Assembly (NCBI GenBank): GCA_044507735.1
Contig: JBIQJB010000004.1
Coordinates: forward strand, 33,083-97,082
Direction of reading: 5' to 3'
Source of the DNA: Nitrosopumilales archaeon
GTDB taxonomy: Archaea; Thermoproteota; Nitrososphaeria; Nitrososphaerales; Nitrososphaeraceae
Length of the DNA stretch: 64,000 nucleotides
Part shown: one piece after another, positions 50,301 through 58,586 of the stretch
Numbering within the stretch: position 1 is the stretch's first letter
How the letters are laid out: every line of letters starts with the position of its first letter
Translations under genes and position numbers: made by a program
The notes under the pieces: generated by a model
Told to the model about the DNA's origin: nothing
The model's input: only the letters and a program-made list of their open reading frames with translations
Databases searched by the model: none

Positions 50301-50853
50301 CAACCAGCTTGAAAGCGAGCGTAATTCCATCGTCTCATTCATTTCCGAAATCGTAAAGGAGAAGGAAAAGGTCTTCATGGAAGCTTTCCAGAAGGTTGAC
50401 TCTGATATCAGGAGTACTTTTGAGAAGATGACTGGCGGCGAAGCGTGGATGGAGATAGAGAATCCTGCAGACATTTTCTCAAGTGGTGTGATGCTCCTAG
50501 TACGCTTCCCAAACAAGACTGTGGCTCGGGAGTCCACGGCCCTCTCCGGCGGAGAGAAGACGATCGCTGCAACGGTATTCTTGCTCGCGCTCCAATCTCT
50601 AAAGCCATCGCCGTTCTACCTGATGGATGAGGTTGATGCACACCTTGATGCCCAGAATACAGAACGCCTGTCAAAGGTGCTGCTTGAGCGCTCAAAGGAT
50701 AACCAGATAATCATGGTGACGCTCAAAGACTCAACCGTGGCAAAGGCTGCACTCATTTACGGAGTTTACCCTAAAGAGGGTGCTTCACAGGTTGTGAAAT
50801 ACAAGAACCCGTCTCAGGTCCCACTTGCGCAGATAAGCGAAAACAAGCTGTAA
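47305..50853 (+). CDS. smc: Chromosome segregation protein SMC
   Basis: 'GFKSF', Walker A 'GPNGSGKSN', Q-loop 'IVQQG', long coiled coils, hinge, 'LSGGEK', 'MDEVDAHLD'. Confidence 0.96.
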   Translation: MVHIKKLEVYGFKSFGFKNTIVHFEKGLVAVTGPNGSGKSNILDAIMFAIGENSPKALRVDKFQSLFHDSQNSTHRLIRVSLTFDNLDRGIPIDEDTVTLTREMEGQNGESQYSLNGKKVSKAAIMELLEVVLAAPNKLNIVQQGMITRISELNAEERRKIIEDIVGLSYFDEKKAEAMKQLDEADRRLEVAFARMGEIRKRIDELEVERNDQLRYEQIGSELKRFKAIQISNNIRTIRHKLATSSQILEANNQKSSQLSKQIEELRQEIEQLETEKTKFMQEVDAANRAKAQVASRISAIVHDSERTKAMLAESERRIAEIERRLPAIDGGKQIIFQRIEGARTETERLKATVEQKRAAIGELRKQLDAIDEQIETITARIAKYAAFRNRLEKRHAKMSSLKGQIELAAARIQEKANTVAYKKSSNETAISALKSEIESSKSTIKELELSLESHQKKLQDTTRLLAELAESKAILEKELAGSASLLIRAESLATKFEERASAAKNAMSEDFAIAEIMKEKDKFRVKGLVHELIKWDKAYERPVLAAGSEWMKAFVVEDVNSMILIAAYAKERKLPRLRIIPLDVVNRFKEKRDFPDDDVNVIGRLSDFVQSQYRKLPEFLFSDTLLVRNSSSAFMLARQGYRTVSAEGELIEPAGGSMALDFGGKITDMTKAILFGDSVEELREMLAKLSKTVEKKNAAMQELAERIGANEAEKVRLDLSIGNIESRIPSEQASMSAKERSMLQLVADNQVLQSQADTLAEELARYARRLELLIPATERMAAKLKSIGDEPSSKSELAAKNVERNQIIKAIDTANIELGQATSILGGLEGRLELDTRQLSEMDAEKERLALELQQKKHLVEELRIKSQSLETELKTLRDQEQQIIDSSGSAYSVLQEYERKIKALSENERKLSKENNIIERESALLRKDVADLTEQEARQVNDLVWLGYKNLLEEMDVGLAIKELSDEYEDVKSRINLRADEAYVQVIDGYRGMSTRRNQLESERNSIVSFISEIVKEKEKVFMEAFQKVDSDIRSTFEKMTGGEAWMEIENPADIFSSGVMLLVRFPNKTVARESTALSGGEKTIAATVFLLALQSLKPSPFYLMDEVDAHLDAQNTERLSKVLLERSKDNQIIMVTLKDSTVAKAALIYGVYPKEGASQVVKYKNPSQVPLAQISENKL

Positions 50854-50878
50854 ATACGTAAAGGCATCTATCATCTAT

Positions 50879-51772
50879 GTGGTGGCAATGATCAACCTCC
50901 AGCAACCAAAGAGGTTGCTGACGCTGTCGCTTGCGGCCATTGCGTCAATAGCAGTCGTTGAAGTTATTGGCGGTATTTTGAGCAACAGCATATCGCTTGT
51001 TAGCGACGCGGTCCACATGTTCACTGACGTGATGGCGATCGGCCTGAGCCTCTTTGCGATAACAATGGCTGCAAAGAGCCATTCAGGAGCCATGACGTTT
51101 GGTTACCACAGGGCAGAAGTCTTGGCCGCGCTGGCGAACGGAGTATTATTGGCCGCCATCTCCGTATGGGTTCTATACGAAGCTGCCTTGCGGGTCATGT
51201 CACCCCGGATTATTGAGCCACCACTGATGCTTGCGGTCGCCGGGGTCGGCCTAGCAGCAAACATACTGGTTATGCTGCTTCTCAAGCGGCACACGGCCGA
51301 AAGCATCAACATCCAGAGCGCCTTTGTGCACGTCATCTATGACACCGTATCTTCTGTAGCGGTGATCGTCACAGGATTCATCGCGCTGTATACCGGGATC
51401 ACCATAGTTGATCCACTAGTTGCTTTCCTCATCGCAGGACTTGTAGCCAGGAGTGCGTATGGTATCGTAAGGACAAGCACCCACATCTTGCTTGAGGGTG
51501 CCCCCAGAGAACTGGACATGCAGCAAGTCGTTACCGCGATCAGGCAACTAGACGGAGTGGTTGACGTCCACGACCTCCATATATGGACTATATCTACAGG
51601 AATGAATGCCCTTAGTGGACATGTTGTGGTTCGAGACCAGATGTTGAGCCAGTCGAACAAGCTAATAAACGAGATAAATGCGGTGCTCGCTGAGCGCTAC
51701 AATATCACACACACCACAATACAATTGGAGAGCGAGCAGCAGGTGTCATTCAAGCGTACAGCAAAAGTCTAA
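50879..51772 (+). CDS. czcD: Cation diffusion facilitator (CzcD/ZitB-type)
   Basis: 'SDAVHMFTD', 'TFGYHRAEVLAALAN', 'SAFVHVIYD', 'VHDLHIW', 'HTTIQLE'. Confidence 0.92.
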   Translation: MVAMINLQQPKRLLTLSLAAIASIAVVEVIGGILSNSISLVSDAVHMFTDVMAIGLSLFAITMAAKSHSGAMTFGYHRAEVLAALANGVLLAAISVWVLYEAALRVMSPRIIEPPLMLAVAGVGLAANILVMLLLKRHTAESINIQSAFVHVIYDTVSSVAVIVTGFIALYTGITIVDPLVAFLIAGLVARSAYGIVRTSTHILLEGAPRELDMQQVVTAIRQLDGVVDVHDLHIWTISTGMNALSGHVVVRDQMLSQSNKLINEINAVLAERYNITHTTIQLESEQQVSFKRTAKV

Positions 51773-51942
51773 AGTTCATCGATGTGAAACTTTGACATGC
51801 AGCCGGTGCATTCGTAGATCTCGTCACCAACAGGGCCAGACACGTTAAACTTGACAATGGTGGTACACTTTGGGCAACGTCCGTCTACCCTTCTGGTGTT
51901 TCTAGCCGGCCGGGCAAGAGTTTTTCTCCTTCTACTACCCAT
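51769..51942 (-). CDS. Small basic zinc-ribbon protein (not in ORF track)
   Basis: Hand translation: MGSRRRKTLARPARNTRRVDGRCPKCTTIVKFNVSGPVGDEIYECTGCMSKFHIDEL (57 aa; CxxC-x18-CxxC); TTTATAAA at ~51968-51975. Confidence 0.75.
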   Translation of the reverse strand: MGSRRRKTLARPARNTRRVDGRCPKCTTIVKFNVSGPVGDEIYECTGCMSKFHIDEL

Positions 51943-52003
51943 ATACGGGAAAAGAACATCTTTACCGTTTTATAAATGAAGGTTCAGTTATTATTATATT
52001 GCA

Positions 52004-52333
52004 TTGGCTGCAAGGGAATTGCCAGCCGTGATCTTACCCGAGGAATGCTCTGCAAAGGTTGATGGAGAAGCATGCCATCTTGCTCCAGAGTACGTAGTGT
52101 CAGTCAGGTCGAATGAGGGCGAGGAGTACATGCTCGCGGTCGTGTGCAGCGACCACAAGATGGGCATCGAAGCTAGGCTAGTTGCGATGCAAAAAGAGAA
52201 CAAGATTCCTCAAGGGAGGATTCACTTCCAGCCTGTAAAGGCAGTAGTCACTGACTGTGTCGCAGGAATGAACGAAGACTATGTTGATCTAGAATTGAAG
52301 AGAGGCATCAAGTCTGACAGAAAGATAGTCTAG
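52004..52333 (+). CDS. Hypothetical protein
   Basis: Protein-like ORF with Cys/His motifs ('ECS...ACH...VVCSDH'); divergent from the Zn-ribbon gene across a palindromic TATA. Confidence 0.7.
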   Translation: MAARELPAVILPEECSAKVDGEACHLAPEYVVSVRSNEGEEYMLAVVCSDHKMGIEARLVAMQKENKIPQGRIHFQPVKAVVTDCVAGMNEDYVDLELKRGIKSDRKIV

Positions 52334-52998
52334 GTAGACTCTTTGTCACTGTCTTTGTTGTCATCACTATTGTTGTTGTCTTCGACAGTCCAAGGAAACC
52401 ATCTTCCGATTATCTTTGCCCAATCAATTCTCAGCGAAAAGTAAATGACGACTCCAAGCGCGGCAATACTCGCCACTCCAATTATTATCAGTGTTACCGG
52501 GTCGGTAGTATCTTTAAGCATGCTGTCTACAAATGGCTTGCCGAGAAAGATGGAGCCCCATACAATCGCCTCATTCAACACTAACTTGCCAGCAAATGTA
52601 GCCGTAGCAAATTTCCAAGGGTTGTATTTTGCAAGCCCAAGCGGGACATAGACGAGATCGTCTGGTATAGGAGTTGCGGCGGCGATAAACGCCCCAGGCC
52701 ATCCGTACCGCCCCACGAGGTTCTGAAGAGGACGCATTCTATTTTTTGTCTGGTCGCTCAGCATCTTGCGACCATAGTAACTGATGAAGAATATTATCGT
52801 CTTTGCTGCGACGGTGCCCGCGGCGCTGACGATCGCAATGATGTGAGGATCGAAGTTACTATTGAACGACGCCGTTATGAGGAGCGGAAAGTATGGAATC
52901 GGGATGAACGGGATGAGGCTCCCCAAGAAGCTAATTATCAAAATGCCAAGATATCCAAGGCCGGTATCAAATGGGAAGAGGTCTTCAAGGGTCACCAA
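52330..52998 (-). CDS. DedA/VTT (YqaA-like) membrane protein
   Basis: 'ISFLGSLIPFIPIPY', 'FIAAATPIPDDLVYVPLGLAKY', 'FAGK'. Confidence 0.88.
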   Translation of the reverse strand: MVTLEDLFPFDTGLGYLGILIISFLGSLIPFIPIPYFPLLITASFNSNFDPHIIAIVSAAGTVAAKTIIFFISYYGRKMLSDQTKNRMRPLQNLVGRYGWPGAFIAAATPIPDDLVYVPLGLAKYNPWKFATATFAGKLVLNEAIVWGSIFLGKPFVDSMLKDTTDPVTLIIIGVASIAALGVVIYFSLRIDWAKIIGRWFPWTVEDNNNSDDNKDSDKEST

Positions 52999-54453
52999 TT
53001 AGTATGCCCTTGCAAATATCGCCGCCTTCTTACTTTCCAGTCCACAGTAGATACACTTGTCAGGCTTTTCGCTCTGGTCAAACGGCAGCACCCTAATGTC
53101 GGCTCCCGTGTCATCTTTTATCTTGTCCTCGCATTCTTCTCTTCCGCACCAACCGGCTAGGACAAAGCCACCCTTGCCCTCGATTACTGATTTGAATTCG
53201 CTGTACCCGGTCGGCCGGAAAATATTCTGCTTCAGAAATTCTCTTGCTCTTGAGAATAGGCTTTCCTGTATGATTTCAAGAAGCGTGTTTACACTGTCCA
53301 CCAGGTTTGCACGGTCTCCCAATTTCTTTTCTCTGTTATCACGTCTTACGAATTCCACCTGTCCCCTTTCTATCTCCCTTGACCCTATGTTTATGCGGAG
53401 CGGGATTCCTTTCATCTCCCATTCATTGAACTTCCATCCCGACGTGTATTCGTCGCGGCCATCCATGTGTGCCCTGATTCCCGCGATTTTCAATTCGGAT
53501 TCTATTTCGGCTGCTTTCTCTTTCACAATCTGCGCATCCTTGTCCTTGTGTATAGGTACAATTATCACCTGTATTGGCGCGATCTTGGGAGGAAGTACGA
53601 GACCCTTGTCATCTCCATGAACCATTATCAAGGCGCCTATGAGGCGCCAGGATACGCCCCAGGATGTCTGCCATGCAAAGTGCTCTTTGGTGTCTTTGCC
53701 GAGATACTTGATTTCAAAAGGCTTTGAAAAGTTCTGTGCCAGATGGTGTGATGTTCCCATCTGGAGCGCTTTGCCATCTGCCATCAAACCTTCAAGAGTC
53801 ATGGTATATTTTGCACCAACAAACTTTTCACTGTCGCTCTTAAATCCTGTGATGGCAGGCACTGCGAGGTAATTCTCTATCAGGTCTTTGTAAATGTCGA
53901 GTATCATCATGACTTCTTTTTCGGCTTCTTCCTCTGTGGCATGGACGGTGTGACCTTCCTGCCAAAGAAACTCAGAAGTTCTGATGAAGGGTTTGGTTGC
54001 CTTTATCTCGGCTCGCAGCGCAGTGTTCCAGAAATTGATCTTTAGTGGAAGATCGCGATAGCTTGTTATCCACTTTCCAAATATCGAATACGCTATTGTT
54101 TCAGAGGTTGGCCGCAACGCTAGCCTTTCGCCCAAGTCATTGTTGCCGGCCTTTGTGACCCAGAATACCTCTGGCGTAAACCCTGCAAAGTGGTCCTCCT
54201 CCTTTGAAAGAAGGCTTTCAGGTATCAGAACAGGCAAAAAACCATTCTGATGGCCTGTCTCCTTGAACCGCTTATCCAGAATGTCCCTTATAGACTCCCA
54301 GATTGCATATCCATACGGCCTCAGGACAATGAATCCCTTGACAGGAGCATAGTCTGCAAGACCTGCCTTGAGAACTACTTGTGCGTACCATTCGCTAAAG
54401 TTTTCGCTTTTTTTCACATCTATTCCGGGTGAACTCACGCTTGGAGATTGCAC
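52999..54453 (-). CDS. proS: Prolyl-tRNA synthetase (archaeal/eukaryal type)
   Basis: 'NFSEWYAQV', 'RPYGYAIWE', 'LRPTSET', 'FIRTSEFLWQEGHT', 'QTSWGVSWRLIGA', C-terminal 'FARAY'. Confidence 0.97.
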   Translation of the reverse strand: MQSPSVSSPGIDVKKSENFSEWYAQVVLKAGLADYAPVKGFIVLRPYGYAIWESIRDILDKRFKETGHQNGFLPVLIPESLLSKEEDHFAGFTPEVFWVTKAGNNDLGERLALRPTSETIAYSIFGKWITSYRDLPLKINFWNTALRAEIKATKPFIRTSEFLWQEGHTVHATEEEAEKEVMMILDIYKDLIENYLAVPAITGFKSDSEKFVGAKYTMTLEGLMADGKALQMGTSHHLAQNFSKPFEIKYLGKDTKEHFAWQTSWGVSWRLIGALIMVHGDDKGLVLPPKIAPIQVIIVPIHKDKDAQIVKEKAAEIESELKIAGIRAHMDGRDEYTSGWKFNEWEMKGIPLRINIGSREIERGQVEFVRRDNREKKLGDRANLVDSVNTLLEIIQESLFSRAREFLKQNIFRPTGYSEFKSVIEGKGGFVLAGWCGREECEDKIKDDTGADIRVLPFDQSEKPDKCIYCGLESKKAAIFARAY

Positions 54454-54490
54454 AACGAGTAGGATTTATGAAGTTTATTGTAGAGAGCGA

Positions 54491-54834
54491 TAGGGCGAGG
54501 CCCAGAGATTGTCTCTCTTGTTCGGCCGAGAGCTCGCCCAATTCCCTCGGTTATGACGTGCACGCCTGCCCACTGCAAGCTGCCTGATACAAGATTTGAT
54601 GCGGTTTCTTCCGCCCTGTCTATCTCAAGGAATGCGCCTTTTAGGATTTTGAGAACTACACCTGTCCAGTTACGATCATAGCGGAAACCAGCTTGATGAA
54701 ATCGGCTTTTTGTCCGCAGAGGTCAAGGAACGTGATAAAGACTCTGGTGCACAAGACGACAGCAACAAAATGTACCAGCTGCCTTCGGTCATAAAACCGG
54801 CTCTCAAAGGGTAGAGACTCAGCTAGCCGCCCTG
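54491..54834 (-). ncRNA. Structured non-coding RNA candidate, HgcG-like
   Basis: No ORF. Nested long-range helices AGGGCG/CGCCCT (54833-28 : 54497-92), GTCTCT/AGAGAC (54818-13 : 54516-11) and CGGTT..ATGAC/GTCATAACCG (54799-88 : 54557-48), plus internal hairpins. The segment 'CGTCATAACCGAGGGAA...CTCTCGG...GAGAGACAATC' recalls archaeal HgcG RNA (from memory, not searched). Confidence 0.6.
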
Positions 54835-55389
54835 CTAGGACCTTCGTTTAACGGTGTAACGGGTCGAGTATTTTGGTCCTGTTGTTCCGGATTTTGGTCG
54901 GTGCACAAGACGAGCATTTCAAGAGTCAGAACAGTCCTAGAGGTTGCCTCGGGATGTTCGTTGTTAACTGATTGTGTTTGATTGAAGATATCATGAGGCT
55001 TTTTCCCTGATCGACCAGATGGCTACCAGTTCTGTTCTCATGTGGGACTTCCCTTCAAATAAGGGATACGATATCAAATCCAGAGCGTTAATGAGGGCAA
55101 ATGTCATGGCATGATCCCCTAAATTTCTCAAATGTCCAAACTCGCTCTTGCTTGCGTCTGTTGAAAAAATGAATTGAAAACAATGAAGGATATGATGAAC
55201 CAAGATTTCTGATTAAAGCTTCAATATATCCAGTGACAGCGGGTGAAAAAATTGTTGCAACAAACTCGTGTCCTACATTTCACATCATATTTGACACTAC
55301 TATTCGGTCGAGCAGTTCAGAGACCTTGAAATTGCAGTCCGCCGTCAAGCATAGTCTGAAAACCCATCAGCCACTACCCAGCAAAACGG

Positions 55390-55683
55390 CTACAGCGCCT
55401 CGCCCTTGCAGTAAACCTTGCCAGAAATGCGGCTGTGGAAGTTTGAACATACATAACACTGCAGGAATCCGATTTCTTGCTTCAGTACAGGGCAATCAAC
55501 TGACTCGAGTTTCATTCGCTTAAGCATCTTTGGGCTCACGCCTTTTATCTTCAGCTTGCCCTTTTCATCCATCATACCAGAGTTCTGGAGCTCTGCTTTG
55601 GCTTCAGCGGTCATCTTGATTGATTTTTCTACCTGTTTGATTGGAACCTGGAACTTGACGCCATCTGGGAGCGCTTCGCTCAT
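55390..55683 (-). CDS. Hypothetical Cys-motif protein
   Basis: Start ATG 55683 (MSEALPDG...); 'VDCPVL...FLQCYVCSNF...VYCKG'. Confidence 0.75.
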   Translation of the reverse strand: MSEALPDGVKFQVPIKQVEKSIKMTAEAKAELQNSGMMDEKGKLKIKGVSPKMLKRMKLESVDCPVLKQEIGFLQCYVCSNFHSRISGKVYCKGEAL

Positions 55684-55729
55684 GCAGCAAGAACCTGTAC
55701 AACAGTAGTATATGACCCTTTGGGCAGAA

Positions 55730-56920
55730 TCATGTAAAATCCGTAATTCTCGTCTGGCTCTTAAGTGTGCGCCAAAGACGGCTCTCCCGCGCAACCTCCT
55801 GTCTTGATAAGGACATTCCTTCGCATGCAAATGACAGGGCCCTCTCGAAAGTCTCAAATTTTTGTGAAGGATTTCTCAGGGCTTCGCGTACGCCCTCCCT
55901 CACCTGCCAGACTCCAAGGGGAATGACATACTCTGGGTGTATCTCGCGGAGCACAAGCGCTGCCCCCTTTTTCTTCCGCCGCGCAAGGTGTTCGGATACA
56001 GCAAGTCTAGCGGCAAAGTACGCTCCTGCTATTGTCGGGTAGTGGTTAAGCCCTCTTGCATCTTCATAATCAGAGGCCGTAGCGATCTGTCCGTTGCCCG
56101 AAAACCAGGATTCGACCATCTCAAAACTCCAAGTGTCGTCCGGTATCAGCACCACGGAATACTTGTTGGCAAGGTGCGAATATTGCGTTACTTCAAATAG
56201 ATCAATTGAAGGGTTATTCACCTCGTTTTCCCTGATCATTCGCGCAGAAATGATATCGTCTGTCGCGGAAATACTCCATCTTGTCGGGACGAGCCTACGG
56301 CTCCTTTTTAGCCCAAGCATCCCAACGCTGAGCACTTTGTGGATCTTACTAACCTCTACACCTCGACGGTACAGTTCCATTATGGCGTCTGTGGCCTTCA
56401 GGTCATTATCATAAAAAGCCGCTTCAATTCGCTGATCGGCCGAAAGGGAAGACGCTTTGAACGTCTTGAGAGGGGCTGCAGGCCCAAATGGCGCGGCCTC
56501 CGAATTGAGCCGCATCTCCTTTTCAAGGTCGAGATCGGCAAGTGGTTTCCTTTCAAATGTCGCCTCGCTTTCAGCGGGACGCTCTGACATTGCGAGCTCT
56601 TGAATATTTTCGAGGTACCTCCCCCCGTTATCGTTTACATTCATCGTGAACGTGCCCCGTACAAGGGACAGTCTATAGTTTGCGATCTCCTCTATGCTCT
56701 TGCCGGTCCATGATTCTGTCCTTTCAAGAATTGATGTGTCTCCATGAAGCGGTGGAATCATGGGTCCTAGGCGGACTTTTGGGTATCCATATCTCCCCAC
56801 GAATACTGAAGGAGGGCTGGAGCCATCGATTGCGTCGAGCGCAAGCTTCGCAGAGTTGGACTTCAGGTACTGTATCCAGTTCTGCTCTAGCTTTTTCTTT
56901 ATGTCGGCCGGCGTCGACAA
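55730..56920 (-). CDS. nreA: Nre family DNA repair protein (PCNA-interacting)
   Basis: 'GSSPPSVFVGRYGYPKV', 'RRLVPTRWSISATDD', 'GAYFAARLAVSEHL', 'PLGVWQVREGVR'; C-terminal PIP 'QTRITDF'. Confidence 0.92.
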   Translation of the reverse strand: MSTPADIKKKLEQNWIQYLKSNSAKLALDAIDGSSPPSVFVGRYGYPKVRLGPMIPPLHGDTSILERTESWTGKSIEEIANYRLSLVRGTFTMNVNDNGGRYLENIQELAMSERPAESEATFERKPLADLDLEKEMRLNSEAAPFGPAAPLKTFKASSLSADQRIEAAFYDNDLKATDAIMELYRRGVEVSKIHKVLSVGMLGLKRSRRLVPTRWSISATDDIISARMIRENEVNNPSIDLFEVTQYSHLANKYSVVLIPDDTWSFEMVESWFSGNGQIATASDYEDARGLNHYPTIAGAYFAARLAVSEHLARRKKKGAALVLREIHPEYVIPLGVWQVREGVREALRNPSQKFETFERALSFACEGMSLSRQEVARESRLWRTLKSQTRITDFT

Positions 56921-57031
56921 CAGAGGATAGCTGTGTCGGAGGTACGATTTATAGGATTAGATAGGAAGTGCAATCTTGCACCTTCTTGCAAGCGAAATCG
57001 ATGAGAATATCATTTTTCAGCGAGAGATATC

Positions 57032-57199
57032 CTATGGTTCTTCATTTCTTTCTCTCGGAGTTGCGCCTTTTACCAAGTCAGTCTTGTCGCTTGTTGTGAG
57101 GTCATAGATAGGTTCAGGCGGAGGAGCAGATACCGGACTAGCATCAGTGTCACCGCTTTCGCGCACTACCTCATACCTCCTTGCGCTTTTTTCATCCAT
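57032..57199 (-). CDS. Small acidic hypothetical protein
   Basis: MDEKSARRYEVVRESG...; ATG 57199 with TATAAC-like sequence about 35 nt upstream. Confidence 0.45.
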   Translation of the reverse strand: MDEKSARRYEVVRESGDTDASPVSAPPPEPIYDLTTSDKTDLVKGATPRERNEEP

Positions 57200-57697
57200 T
57201 GAGCTCCAACTTGCGCGACAAGAGATAAGAAAGTTATACATTGTACATAGTTATACGGCCGGTGGCAGTCCATATCCCCTCTTTTGCACACCGTTTTCTT
57301 TGAATTGTCTTGCCGTCTAGAGAGTCAAGATCGTGTAGGCAAAAGCGCGGCAAGGTTTGTTTGCTGTCATATTGCCATCATAGCATGTTGATGTGATGTC
57401 GCGTTGATACCTTGGAGGTCCAGCTGAAGATTATGTCTGTCCCAACTCCCAGTATTGTCAGCACTGCGATCCCCTGCTATTTCCGCGCAGTATCACGGTC
57501 CGCCTGAAGCTCGTCCCGAACGGCACACATAGAAGAGCCAAGAAGAATCACATCCATGACAAGAATGAAAGAAAGGGCAGGTTCATGAAAAACCGGGCAG
57601 TATTTGTGGGTTTACAGGATATGACTATCAGGACGCTGTACTTGCGAGAGGGCCGATTGAATCGGAATGCCCTGCCTCACCACCTGCACACCATGAT

Positions 57698-57916
57698 GTG
57701 CAAGCAATGATACTTGACGAAAGCGCAGAAAAGATGCGCTTTGGAATTTCATTGGTGTTGTTGTCTCTCACACTGTGGATTTACTCGGATCCTGCATTGC
57801 TGTCGACTGTGCCTCCAGCTTCCATTCATGAAATATTCGAGATGATAGTTGCCATCGCGGTCTTGTTGCACTCTTTCATCGCCATTCCTTGGAGGTCCAG
57901 AACGTGGTCGGAATAA
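57698..57916 (+). CDS. Small 2-TM membrane protein
   Basis: Two hydrophobic helices ending 'IPWRSRTWSE'; start uncertain. Confidence 0.4.
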   Translation: MQAMILDESAEKMRFGISLVLLSLTLWIYSDPALLSTVPPASIHEIFEMIVAIAVLLHSFIAIPWRSRTWSE

Positions 57917-58211
57917 AGGCGATGTTGCTCCAAAATTTGACATGGCAACAATAGGAGGACATCATATTTAACAAATTGACACCACAGCAGCATAATGGAA
58001 AAATACAGCACGTCCAGATCGTTTTAGACAGATCAAAGTGTCCCAAAATTGGCATTTCGTTTGCATTTGTAGAATGCCGTCCGAAGCAGGTATTTTGGAT
58101 TCTTGTGCTTAAGAGGACTAATGGTCCTGAGCGCGACAACTTTCTGAGCCAGCACCAGGTACAAAAGGTGGTTTTGACGGAATATCGAGATAAGATGTAC
58201 CGAACCTGTGT

Positions 58212-58376
58212 ATGTCGCAAGAAGAGCGCGAGATCCAAGAGTTTGATAGAGGCGAGGAAACGGCGGCGCAAGATAGAGAACACAGAACAGAGATTAGCAT
58301 ACAGAGCCGCAGATCTCCTAGCGGCAAGGACAGTCAAAAGCCAACAATTGAGCGAGGGAGTGAAGAGAGGAAGTGA
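58212..58376 (+). CDS. Small hydrophilic protein (not in ORF track)
   Basis: Hand translation MSQEEREIQEFDRGEETAAQDREHRTEISIQSRRSPSGKDSQKPTIERGSEERK (54 aa); purine-rich coding-like pattern. Confidence 0.4.
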   Translation: MSQEEREIQEFDRGEETAAQDREHRTEISIQSRRSPSGKDSQKPTIERGSEERK

Positions 58377-58586
58377 AGCAAAAGTAGGAACCCCAAGACC
58401 AAGAAGAGCAATTGTTGGCCTACTCATAATTCTTCATGGGACAGACCTGCCTAGCGGCCGTTTGTTTGCACTGAAGAGAGGTAGAAATCATAGGCATCTA
58501 TCGAACGCATCAGTAGCAAATCTGACGATTTTTATGCCATCAGGAACGACTAATGACCAAACCTTAATAGCATTAGCAGATCACCG

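Noticed and set aside
54491-54834. RNase P RNA or SRP RNA as the identity of the structured region
   Set aside because: No GAGGAAAnUCC / ACAGAAn..GCUUA P4 signature and no SRP helix-8 CCAGG..GGAA..AGCA motif on either strand.
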